A stretch of 64,000 bases of DNA, from positions 292,248-356,247 of the forward strand of contig JAVKJW010000001.1 of NCBI GenBank assembly GCA_031458695.1, read 5' to 3'. Shown one piece after another: positions 1 through 8,309 of this stretch. Source of the stretch: Candidatus Thermofontivivens primus. Its GTDB lineage: Bacteria; Sysuimicrobiota; Sysuimicrobiia; Sysuimicrobiales; Thermofontiviventaceae. The notes beneath the pieces are model-generated. The model was not told where the DNA came from and made no database searches. It worked only from the letters and a program-made list of their open reading frames with translations. A program made the position numbers and the translations under genes. Positions within the stretch are counted from its first letter, which is position 1, and every line of letters starts with the position of its first letter.

Positions 1-51
1 GTCCCCAAAACTTTTGTAGAGTCCCACGATTCGTATGAGTGGTTCGCCCAT
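1..51 (-). CDS. mlaF: N-terminus of ABC ATPase (MlaF/Mkl-like), continues off the window
   Basis: Reverse strand from ATG at 51 reads MGEPLIRIVGLYKSFGD, a typical ABC ATPase start; lies directly downstream of an MlaE permease. Confidence 0.7.
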   Translation of the reverse strand, partial: MGEPLIRIVGLYKSFGD

Positions 52-100
52 CCTGCATGCACCTGCTAGGTGTCATTGGAACAAGAACGATTCCGCGCAG

Positions 101-143
101 GGATCCCCAGCAAAATCTCAACGAGAGCTTTTGCTGGGGATCC
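101..143. repeat. Perfect 15-bp inverted repeat, member of a dispersed intergenic palindrome family
   Basis: GGATCCCCAGCAAAA-N13-TTTTGCTGGGGATCC. Confidence 0.85.
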
Positions 144-920
144 TCAGTAGAGCAAGACGTCGAGAAAATAGTTGCCGATCAAGATGACCACAATCGCTGC
201 CACGACAGCCGAGGTCGTGGACCGTCCCACTCCCATTGCGCCGCCCGTGGTGGTGATTCCCCGAAGACAGCCGATGATGGCAATGATGACCCCGAAGACC
301 AAAGCCTTCATCAGGCCCCCAGTAAGGTCGTAGAGGTCCAAGAACCGGCGGATCGATTCTATGTAGATCTCCGGCCCGACCCCCTGGAGGGTGGCGATCC
401 AGAACCCCCCGACGGACCCGAGGAGGTTGCTGAACAGGGTGAGCGCAGGGAGCATCACAAGGCAGGCATTCAACCGCGGGACAACGAGGTAACGGACGGG
501 ATCGATGCCGAGAGCGCGGAGTGCATCGATTTGTTCCGTTACCGCCATGGTACCGATTTCTGCGGCGAACCCGGCTCCCACCCGGCCGGCGATGACCACG
601 GCCGTGAAGACTGGCGCTGCCTCCCTCGCCATGGTGACCGCCACAAGCCCCCCGATGAATCCCTGGGCGCCGAACTGGAGGAACTGGCGGGAGGTCTGGA
701 AAGCAAGGACCATGCCCGAGAACAGGCCTGTGATGATCACGATGGGCAGTGACTCCACCCCCACCCGGGCCATCTGGGTCACGGTTTGCTGGAGCTCCCA
801 GCGACCGCGGACTAGCCACCCTACGGATTGCCCGAGGAGATCGAAGACCTTGATAATCTGCCGTAGGAGGGCGAGCGTTGCCCGCCCGGTTTGGTCGAGG
901 AACGCGAGGACGAAGTGCAT
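144..920 (-). CDS. mlaE: MlaE-family lipid ABC transporter permease
   Basis: Motifs REAAPVFTAVVIAGRVGA, EIGTMAVTEQIDALRALG and GVGRSTTSAVV; start taken at MHFVLAF, because the longer ORF to 1331 runs antisense through the tRNA/T-box. Confidence 0.9.
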   Translation of the reverse strand: MHFVLAFLDQTGRATLALLRQIIKVFDLLGQSVGWLVRGRWELQQTVTQMARVGVESLPIVIITGLFSGMVLAFQTSRQFLQFGAQGFIGGLVAVTMAREAAPVFTAVVIAGRVGAGFAAEIGTMAVTEQIDALRALGIDPVRYLVVPRLNACLVMLPALTLFSNLLGSVGGFWIATLQGVGPEIYIESIRRFLDLYDLTGGLMKALVFGVIIAIIGCLRGITTTGGAMGVGRSTTSAVVAAIVVILIGNYFLDVLLY

Positions 921-989
921 ATTCCCTCTCCCGCCCTCTTGGTGGGTGCTCATGGATCCCCGGGTACACTGTATCACAAAACACTTTCC

Positions 990-1019
990 TTGACGATGCA
1001 GGCTTCCATTTTTTATAAT
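990..1019 (+). promoter_or_regulatory. Sigma70-type promoter for the leuS leader
   Basis: TTGACG (990-995), 18-bp spacer, TATAAT (1014-1019), just before T-box Stem I. Confidence 0.8.
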
Positions 1020-1031
1020 CATTCCACGAAA

Positions 1032-1410
1032 GGCAATGAACGGGAGTAGTAAGGGCGGTTCTTCCCTTTGCGACCTCTCAAGCGAGCGGGGACTGGTGGA
1101 AGCCCGTGGGAAGCCGTTCCTGAACTCGCCCGGGAGCTGCGCGGCTGAACTCCCAAGAAGGGATGCGTAATCCGCGCCGCGGCCGGCGTTAGGGGCAATG
1201 AGTGGACAGATCCGGGCCCTTGAATGGGTGTCTATGCCCAGATGGGCGAGGACTTGGGGCTGTAGCTCAGAGGGAGAGCGCCTCCTTGGCGTGGAGGAGG
1301 TCGCGGGTTCAAGTCCCGCCAGCTCCACCACGTCTTCGTGACGGGTTCTGTCAAGCAGGGTGGTACCGCGGAGCGGCCCTCCGTCCCTGGCGGGGCGGAG
1401 GGCCGCTTAG
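1032..1410 (+). promoter_or_regulatory. Leu T-box riboswitch leader of leuS, with embedded tRNA-Ala
   Basis: Stem I with GA motif and AGTA, AGCGAG (1081) and GGTGGAA (1095) boxes; specifier GAA-CTC-G (CUC=Leu, 1125-1127); Stem II; T-box AAGCAGGGTGGTACCGCG (1353-1370); GC hairpin 1372-1407. Confidence 0.9.
1256..1330 (+). tRNA. tRNA-Ala(GGC)
   Basis: Full cloverleaf: acceptor GGGGCTG/CAGCTCC with G3:U70, anticodon arm CCTCC-TTGGCGT-GGAGG, T-arm GCGGG-TTCAAGT-CCCGC, encoded ACCA end. Confidence 0.97.
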
Positions 1411-1457
1411 TTCAAAACTAGGAAGAGATCCAAAACGGAGCAGCAGGGGGGAAGCGT

Positions 1458-3908
1458 ATGGCTGAGCGGTATAATCCCCAGGAAATCGAAGCGCGATGGC
1501 AGGAGCGTTGGGAGCGTGACAAGCTCTACCATGCTCCGGATTTCGACCCCCGCCCCAAGTACTACTTCCTCACCATGTATCCGTACCCCTCTGGGGACCT
1601 GCACATTGGGCACTGGTATGCCATGGCACCCTCCGATGCGAAAGCGCGATACCTGCGCATGCGCGGGTACAACGTGATGCTCCCTATTGGGTTTGACGCT
1701 TTCGGCCTCCCCGCGGAGAACGCAGCCATCAATCACGGCATTCACCCCTATACCTGGACCATGCAGAACATCGAGCGCATGCGCAGGCAACTGAGATCCA
1801 TGGGCGCAATGTGGGACTGGGACAGGGAGATCGTCACTTGTGACCCCGAATACTACAAGTGGAACCAATGGTTCTTTCTGAAGTTCTACGAACGTGGCCT
1901 GGCCTACCGCGCACTCGCCCCCGTGGACTGGTGCCCGAAGTGCAATACCTCGCTTGCGCGCGAGCAGGTGGTGGGGGAGGAACGCGTGTGTGAACGGTGT
2001 GGGACGCCGGTGATCAAGAAGACCCTGGAGCAGTGGTTCTTCCGGATCACCGCGTACGCGGAGGAGCTGTTGGACTTCAGCAAGCTTGACTGGCCCGAAC
2101 CTGTGCGCATCCTCCAGCAGAACTGGATTGGCCCCAGCCGCGGTGTGGAGTTCCGCATCCCTGTCAAGGGCCATCCCGACGTGGAAATCCCTGTATTCAC
2201 CACGCGCCCTGACACCGTGTACGGGATGACCTTCGTCGTGCTGGCCCCGGAGCATCCCCTTGTGGACAGGCTGACAACGCCGGAGTGCCGGGAGGCCGTG
2301 GAGGCCTACAAGATGAAGGCTGCGCGTTCCTCCGATATCGAGCGCCAGGCCACTGAGCGCGAAAGGGATGGGGTTTTCATCGGCGCCTATGCCATCAACC
2401 CCATGAACGGCGAGGAAGTGCCCATCTGGATTGCCGACTACGTCCTGCTCACCTATGGCACGGGGGCAATCATGGGGGTTCCTGCCCATGACGAGCGGGA
2501 CTTTGACTTCGCCCGGCGGTACGGCCTGGAGATTCGGGTGGTCATCGCTCCCCCTGGGTGGAACGGGGAACCCTTGGAGCAGGCCTACATCGAGGAAGGC
2601 ACCATGGTCAACTCTGGACCCTTCACCGGCCTTCCCTCCAAGGAGGGGTGGGAACGCATCGCCGACTACATGGAGGAAAAGGGGATCGGCCGCCGCAAGA
2701 CCAACTACCGCATGCACGACTGGCTCATCAGCCGCCAGCGCTACTGGGGGACTCCCATCCCCATCATCTACTGCCCGAGCTGCGGCACCGTTCCCGTCCC
2801 TGAAGAAGACCTTCCGGTGATCCTGCCTCACGATGCTGAGTTCCTTCCCACAGGGGAGTCGCCGCTTAAGTACCACGAGGGCTTCCGAAAGACTACCTGC
2901 CCACGCTGCGGGGGCCCTGCGGAGCGTGAGACGGACACGATGGACACATTCGTAGACTCCTCCTGGTACCAGTACCGCTACCTGAGCCCCCACTACCAGG
3001 AAGGTCCCTTCGATCCTGAGGTCGCGCGCTACTGGCTCCCCGTAGACCAGTACACGGGTGGGATCGAACACGCCACCATGCACTTGCTGTACACGCGCTT
3101 TTTCACGAAAGCGATGCGGGATCTCGGGTTGGTCTGGTTCGACGAGCCCATGCTTCGTCTGTATAACCAAGGGATCATCCTCGGCCCCGACGGGCAGCGT
3201 ATGAGCAAATCGAGAGGGAACGTGGTCGATCCCGACGAGCAGGTCCAGCGGTACGGGGCTGACACGGTGCGGGCTTACCTCATGTTCATGCGGCCGTGGA
3301 ACGAGGGCGGGCCATGGGATCCTCAGGGAATCGAAGGGGTCCACCGCTGGCTGCACCGGGTCTGGGCGTTGGTGACGGAGCCGCCGGGGCCTGTCCAGGG
3401 CCGGCCTAGCCAGAAGGCCATCCGGGAGATGCGCCGGTGGATCCACCGGACCATCAAGAAAGCTACGGAGGATATAGAGAACTTCCGGTTCAACACCATG
3501 ATCGCGGCGCTCATGGAGTACACCAATTACCTCGCAAGGGCCAAGGAGACTCCTCTTGCACGGCACGAGCTATGGGATGAGGCGATCCGCACTCTCGTCC
3601 TCCTCCTGGCTCCGATCACGCCGCATTTGGCAGAGGAGCTGTGGGCACGTCTAGGAGGGGAATACAGCGTCCACAACCAGCCGTGGCCTCGCTGGGAAGA
3701 GGAGTGGGTAAAGGAGGAGGAGATCACCCTGGTCATCCAGGTGGATGGGAAGGTCCGCGACCGGGTCACCGTTTCCGCAGACATCACCGAGGAGATGGCG
3801 CGGGAGTTGGCCCTAGGGAGGGAGAAGGTCCGCAAGTTCTTAAATGGGAAGCGGGTCAAGGAAGTTATCGTCGTTCCAGGCCGCCTCGTGAATGTGGTCA
3901 CCGAGTAG
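1458..3908 (+). CDS. leuS: Leucyl-tRNA synthetase
   Basis: MYPYPSGDLHIGH, TTRPDT editing motif, GTGAIMGVPAHD, RMSKS. Confidence 0.98.
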   Translation: MAERYNPQEIEARWQERWERDKLYHAPDFDPRPKYYFLTMYPYPSGDLHIGHWYAMAPSDAKARYLRMRGYNVMLPIGFDAFGLPAENAAINHGIHPYTWTMQNIERMRRQLRSMGAMWDWDREIVTCDPEYYKWNQWFFLKFYERGLAYRALAPVDWCPKCNTSLAREQVVGEERVCERCGTPVIKKTLEQWFFRITAYAEELLDFSKLDWPEPVRILQQNWIGPSRGVEFRIPVKGHPDVEIPVFTTRPDTVYGMTFVVLAPEHPLVDRLTTPECREAVEAYKMKAARSSDIERQATERERDGVFIGAYAINPMNGEEVPIWIADYVLLTYGTGAIMGVPAHDERDFDFARRYGLEIRVVIAPPGWNGEPLEQAYIEEGTMVNSGPFTGLPSKEGWERIADYMEEKGIGRRKTNYRMHDWLISRQRYWGTPIPIIYCPSCGTVPVPEEDLPVILPHDAEFLPTGESPLKYHEGFRKTTCPRCGGPAERETDTMDTFVDSSWYQYRYLSPHYQEGPFDPEVARYWLPVDQYTGGIEHATMHLLYTRFFTKAMRDLGLVWFDEPMLRLYNQGIILGPDGQRMSKSRGNVVDPDEQVQRYGADTVRAYLMFMRPWNEGGPWDPQGIEGVHRWLHRVWALVTEPPGPVQGRPSQKAIREMRRWIHRTIKKATEDIENFRFNTMIAALMEYTNYLARAKETPLARHELWDEAIRTLVLLLAPITPHLAEELWARLGGEYSVHNQPWPRWEEEWVKEEEITLVIQVDGKVRDRVTVSADITEEMARELALGREKVRKFLNGKRVKEVIVVPGRLVNVVTE

Positions 3909-3913
3909 CCCCG

Positions 3914-4477
3914 ATGACGTGGCCGAGGAGAACAGAGTGGGTGCTCCTGGCGATGGGGATCGGCGCCATTCTTGTTGGGGCGCTCGTACGCCTCTTCCTC
4001 GCAGCGTACCCTCCTGCGCCGCCCCCAGCGGAAGACCTTGCAGTTCCTTCCCTGATCGCTGTACATATCTCCGGTGCTGTCCGTTTCCCAGGTCTCTACC
4101 GCCTTCGGGTTGGGTCGCGCGTAGGGGATATCCTCACCAAGGCAGGAGGGCCGACGGAGGAGGCGGACCTTCGAGGGTTGAATCTTGCAATGCCATTGCG
4201 CGATGGGGATCGTGTGGTGGTCCCCCCACGCCTACCCCGATCGAAAGGCGCACAGCCAGGGGCGAGAGAGGGCGTGATCGACCTCAACAAAGCGTCCGTA
4301 GCGGAGCTGGAAGCCCTTCCAGGGATCGGACCTGTCTTGGCAAGGCGAATCGTGGAGTATCGGAGCAAAGCCGGACCTTTTCGTAGGGTGGAGGAGTTGC
4401 TCAAAGTAAGGGGAGTAGGCCCCAAGCTAGTGGCAAAATTGCGTCCCTATGTTACCGTCCGGGAGCTCACCCCGTGA
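3914..4477 (+). CDS. comEA: ComEA-family DNA-binding protein (TM, SLBB, HhH)
   Basis: N-terminal TM; VHISGAVRFPGLY; IDLNKASVAELEALPGIGP; second HhH VRGVGPK. Confidence 0.9.
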   Translation: MTWPRRTEWVLLAMGIGAILVGALVRLFLAAYPPAPPPAEDLAVPSLIAVHISGAVRFPGLYRLRVGSRVGDILTKAGGPTEEADLRGLNLAMPLRDGDRVVVPPRLPRSKGAQPGAREGVIDLNKASVAELEALPGIGPVLARRIVEYRSKAGPFRRVEELLKVRGVGPKLVAKLRPYVTVRELTP

Positions 4478-4529
4478 TGGGAAGGAGGGGCTATTTTCGG
4501 AGGGATCACTCCCTTTGATGGAGGTTCCT

Positions 4530-4826
4530 GTGGACATTCGGGAGTTCCAGTCGATCATTGTGAGGACCTATGGGGAGCGCGACGGGGCTCGCGGCACTGA
4601 GGGAACCTTCCGCTGGCTCGTCGAGGAGGTCGGGGAGCTCGCCAGGGCACTGAGGTCTGGGGACCGAGTGAAGCAACTGGAAGAGTTCTCCGACGTCCTG
4701 GCGTGGCTCGTGAGCCTTGCAGCCCTCTGCGGGGTTGACATGGCGGAGGCAATGGCCAGGTACGCCCGCGGGTGCCCCAAGTGCAAAGCGATCCCCTGCG
4801 CTTGTCCAGGGGAGGCGCGCTCGTAA
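4530..4826 (+). CDS. Small MazG-like nucleotide pyrophosphohydrolase with C-terminal Cys cluster
   Basis: LVEEVGELA...EEFSDVLAW and CPKCKAIPCAC; GTG start after GGAGG. Confidence 0.8.
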   Translation: MDIREFQSIIVRTYGERDGARGTEGTFRWLVEEVGELARALRSGDRVKQLEEFSDVLAWLVSLAALCGVDMAEAMARYARGCPKCKAIPCACPGEARS

Positions 4827-4883
4827 CAGAACCTTTGGGAGAAGACCAACGAGAAGCGATTTCGTGACCCGGAGGAGAATCCC

Positions 4884-5855
4884 ATGCAGACATCTGAGAG
4901 GATCCATTTTGAGGCAGTGGTCGTGGACCTCCACTGCGATACCCTGCAGGACCTCCAGGCAGGGAAGCGCACCCTCGTTCCCTCAGGCCCTCAGGAAGGG
5001 CACATCGACCTCCCCAGGTTAAAGGCGGGAGGGGTGGATGTCCAGGTCTTCGCTCTGTACATCGCTCCAGAAATGGCAGGAAGGGGATATCAGCGGGCTG
5101 TGGAGCTCATCGAGGCCTTCCACAGGGAGATCCAGCACAATAGGGAAGCGATCGGGCACGCCAGGACCGTGGAGGAGATCGAATCCCTCCTCCAGCAGGG
5201 GAAGGTAGCTGCGGTCCTCGCGGTGGAGAACGGGGATGCCCTGGAGGGCAGGGTGGAGAATTTGGACCACCTCTATGCGCAAGGGGTCCGGATGCTCTCG
5301 TTGACCTGGAACCACGCCAACGCTCTCGCAGATGGGGCGAGGGAGCAGGTCCATGGTGGGCTTACTCCCCTTGGCAAGGATGTCATCGAGCGCATGGACG
5401 AACTGGGCATGGTTCTTGACGTCTCCCACCTCTCCGAGCAGGCGTTCTGGCAGGCACTGGAGGTGGCGAAGGGACCTGTGGTCGCTACCCACTCCAATGC
5501 GGCTGCCCTAGCTCCCCACCCGCGCAACCTCACAGATGAACAGCTCCGGGCGATTGCTGCGCGCGGAGGCGTGGTGGGAGTGAACTTCTACCCAGAATTC
5601 CTCGGCCGCGGAGACGCAACGGTGGAGAGTGTGCTCGAGCATATCACCTACATGGCGCGCGTCATGGGGGTCGACCACGTCGCTCTGGGATCGGATTTCG
5701 ACGGGATCTCCAAGACTCCAGCGGGGCTCGAAGATGTGAGTAAAGTCCCTGCCATCACCCGGGGACTGCTCGCGCGGGGGTACACGGAAGAAGAGGTGAA
5801 GAAGATTTTAGGCAGAAACGCCCTGCGCGTCTTCCGGGAGGTCTGGAGGCACTGA
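4884..5855 (+). CDS. Membrane dipeptidase (peptidase M19)
   Basis: DLHCDT, LTWNHAN, DVSH, THSN, RNLTDEQL, LGSDFDG. Confidence 0.92.
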   Translation: MQTSERIHFEAVVVDLHCDTLQDLQAGKRTLVPSGPQEGHIDLPRLKAGGVDVQVFALYIAPEMAGRGYQRAVELIEAFHREIQHNREAIGHARTVEEIESLLQQGKVAAVLAVENGDALEGRVENLDHLYAQGVRMLSLTWNHANALADGAREQVHGGLTPLGKDVIERMDELGMVLDVSHLSEQAFWQALEVAKGPVVATHSNAAALAPHPRNLTDEQLRAIAARGGVVGVNFYPEFLGRGDATVESVLEHITYMARVMGVDHVALGSDFDGISKTPAGLEDVSKVPAITRGLLARGYTEEEVKKILGRNALRVFREVWRH

Positions 5856-5925
5856 CGCAATCTTACCGGATCCCGGGGGGATGGAGAAATCCCATCTCGG
5901 AGTACCTCAGCTACCTTCGCACACT

Positions 5926-6762
5926 TCAGCACGAAAGGTGTGGAACAAAGCAGAGGATGGCTTCCCTGGCGATCTTCGCCGCGAGGACCGCGGTCATGCC
6001 GGAAGGGTCGTAGGGAGGAGAGACTTCCACCACATCCATGCCCACAACGTGCAAGGACTGGAGGTGCCGGAGGAAGCGAAGGAGCTCGTGGGCCGAGAGT
6101 CCCTCCGGCTCCGGATTCCCGGTTCCCGGGGCGTAGGCGGGATCGAGGACATCGATGTCTACGGTGAGGTAGATAGGCCTCTCCCGGAGCATCTCATAGA
6201 TCGATGGGGGAAGAAAGAGGTAGGGGGAGGACCATAGGCACAGGCGGCGTGCGGCCTCGAACTCCTCAGGGACCCCAGAGCGGACGCCCAGCTGGACGAG
6301 AGATCCTGGAAGTTCCTCCGCGAGCCTGCGCATCACGGTGGCGTGGGAGAGAGATTTCCCCTCATAGCGATCCCGCATGTCCAGGTGCGCGTCTAGGTTC
6401 AGAACAGCGAGTCGGGGGTAACGTCGAGCGAGCGCCCTGACCGCCCCAAGGGTGATCGTATGCTCCCCGCCCAGGAGGAGAGGGAGACAACCCTCAGGGA
6501 GGGCATGCATCGTCTGCATTACCGACTCGATCATCTCCTCTGGAGGGTCAGGAAGCTCCACGTCGCCGAAATCTTGGAGGCAGAGATTTTCTAGATCCCG
6601 GTTCAGGACGGGGCTGTAGGACTCGATGCTCCACGAAGCCCAGCGGATGGCTGCTGGAGCAAACCGTGCTCCACGGCGGAAGGTCGCAGTGGCGTCGTAG
6701 GGAAGCCCGATGATCGCGACCTGAGGATGACTAACCTCCTTGCTCGCCAGGAACCTTTGCAT
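5926..6762 (-). CDS. speB: Agmatinase / (aminopropyl)agmatine ureohydrolase
   Basis: Ureohydrolase motifs GGEHT, DAHLD, TVDIDVLDP..PGTG; start at MQRFLAS. Confidence 0.92.
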   Translation of the reverse strand: MQRFLASKEVSHPQVAIIGLPYDATATFRRGARFAPAAIRWASWSIESYSPVLNRDLENLCLQDFGDVELPDPPEEMIESVMQTMHALPEGCLPLLLGGEHTITLGAVRALARRYPRLAVLNLDAHLDMRDRYEGKSLSHATVMRRLAEELPGSLVQLGVRSGVPEEFEAARRLCLWSSPYLFLPPSIYEMLRERPIYLTVDIDVLDPAYAPGTGNPEPEGLSAHELLRFLRHLQSLHVVGMDVVEVSPPYDPSGMTAVLAAKIAREAILCFVPHLSC

Positions 6763-7603
6763 TGTCTTCCAGCTCGGCCCAGATAGGTGCCGGGATCCGA
6801 AACGCCTCCCGATGGACAGAAGGGGTGTAGTAGAATGTTGCGATCGAGGCCATCCTCCTTTCGATCTCCTGCTCAGGGACGGTGAGGGGATCTCGGGAGA
6901 GCGATCCCAGGGTGAACGACCAGAGGCCACCCGGGTAGGTGGGCACCGGGCAGAGGTAGGTCCGGACAATGGGGAAGATGGTTCCCATGTTCCGTCGGAC
7001 CATGCGGATTACCTTCTGCTGGTACAGCGGGGAGCCGCTCTGTACAGCCAGGATCCCTTGCGGGGTAAGCTTCTGGGCAATGGCCACGTAGAACTCCGCA
7101 GCGAACAGGTTCACCGCCGGCCCCTTGGGGTCTGTGGAGTCCACCAGGACAACATCGAAACGCTCCTGTGTCTCCTGCACAAACCGCGCTCCGTCCCCGA
7201 ATACCAGGACCGTCCGAGGGTCGTCGAAAGCGTTGGCGGAGATTCCCGGAAGATACCTGCGGGATACCTCAACCACAGTTGGATCGATCTCCACCATGGT
7301 CACTTTATCCACAGGATGCTTGAGGACTTCTTCCAGTAGCCCCCCGTCTCCGCCTCCGATAATCAGGACCGTGCGTGGATCCGGGTGGGTGCACAGTGGG
7401 ACGTGGGTGAGCATCTCATGGTAAAAGTACTCGTCACGCTCGCTGGTTTGCACGGCCTCGTCCAGGATCAGCATCCTCCCAAAGTCTGCATTGACGATGA
7501 CCCGGATGTGCTGGAAGGGTGAAGCCTGGTTATAGAGCTCCTCCTGGACAAGGAAGGCGCCCCCAAAGCTTTTTCCTCCTTGGTCAATAAGCCATGTCTG
7601 CAT
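6731..7603 (-). CDS. speE: Spermidine synthase / polyamine aminopropyltransferase
   Basis: LIIGGGDGG, VEID, DSTDP, YHEMLTH. Confidence 0.93.
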   Translation of the reverse strand: MQTWLIDQGGKSFGGAFLVQEELYNQASPFQHIRVIVNADFGRMLILDEAVQTSERDEYFYHEMLTHVPLCTHPDPRTVLIIGGGDGGLLEEVLKHPVDKVTMVEIDPTVVEVSRRYLPGISANAFDDPRTVLVFGDGARFVQETQERFDVVLVDSTDPKGPAVNLFAAEFYVAIAQKLTPQGILAVQSGSPLYQQKVIRMVRRNMGTIFPIVRTYLCPVPTYPGGLWSFTLGSLSRDPLTVPEQEIERRMASIATFYYTPSVHREAFRIPAPIWAELEDNAKVPGEQGG

Positions 7604-7618
7604 TTCCCTCACCTGCGC

Positions 7619-8080
7619 TTATTCTGGCCAAAAAATCGCGGCTGCGACAACGCATCCGCACCGTTCCACCACATGCTCCCGGCTGATCACAGCGATCTCC
7701 AGGAGGGGGAGGTTCCGGATCGCAAATGCCTCCTCCACCATCGCCCGCACCTTCGCCTCCGCTTCCTTTGCTGTTCCATGACAAGCTTCCTCCATAATGA
7801 CTCCATAGTCCTCCTTGCTGATCCCTACAGCGATGGCAGCGGCGATCTTGTGCCCCGGTTCCCTGCTGGTCACGCGGGTGTACACAGCAGGGGTCAACCT
7901 CCCTGGGACAATGGTGCGCAAGGGAACGATCTTCGCTTGCGGGGGAAGGATGCTGGTCACCCGAATGAAGTTGAGGTTGGCGATCCCGGCGTCAAGGAGC
8001 GCCCGGTCAAAGGCATTGATCTCGGTCGACCCCTCACCAGCACCCGCGACGAGAGAGATGGCTTTTGGTACCTCCCACAT
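7619..8080 (-). CDS. pdaD: Pyruvoyl-dependent arginine decarboxylase
   Basis: AFDRALLDAGIANLNFIRVTSILPP with Thr-Ser self-cleavage site; in an operon with speE and speB. Confidence 0.88.
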   Translation of the reverse strand: MWEVPKAISLVAGAGEGSTEINAFDRALLDAGIANLNFIRVTSILPPQAKIVPLRTIVPGRLTPAVYTRVTSREPGHKIAAAIAVGISKEDYGVIMEEACHGTAKEAEAKVRAMVEEAFAIRNLPLLEIAVISREHVVERCGCVVAAAIFWPE

Positions 8081-8309
8081 GATCCTCTTCCTTTCTCCGC
8101 AGATTTCCGGGGAAACTCCACCCTGGGACATCCCTGGGGAGCCCGGACACTTCTTCCTTAAATTCCATCTTTCCCCTTCGCCTCCTTCCCTCTCCATCAC
8201 TCCAGTGAAATCTCTCTGTTTGCCTGGGTATTCAACAGGGACCGGAGGGAGTGTGCCGAATTACAAAATATACAGAGGTCTCCCTCGTGGGAATGGAGGC
8301 GGAGAGGGA

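Noticed and set aside
1120..1122. CUG as the leuS specifier
   Set aside because: The register relative to the GAA S-turn and the following purine points to CUC (1125-1127); both encode Leu.
921..1331. N-terminal extension of the mlaE ORF (MVELAGLEPATS...)
   Set aside because: It is the antisense reading of tRNA-Ala and the T-box, a classic tRNA shadow ORF.
1407..3566. 719-aa minus-strand ORF
   Set aside because: Antisense shadow of leuS caused by GC-rich codon usage; no motifs.
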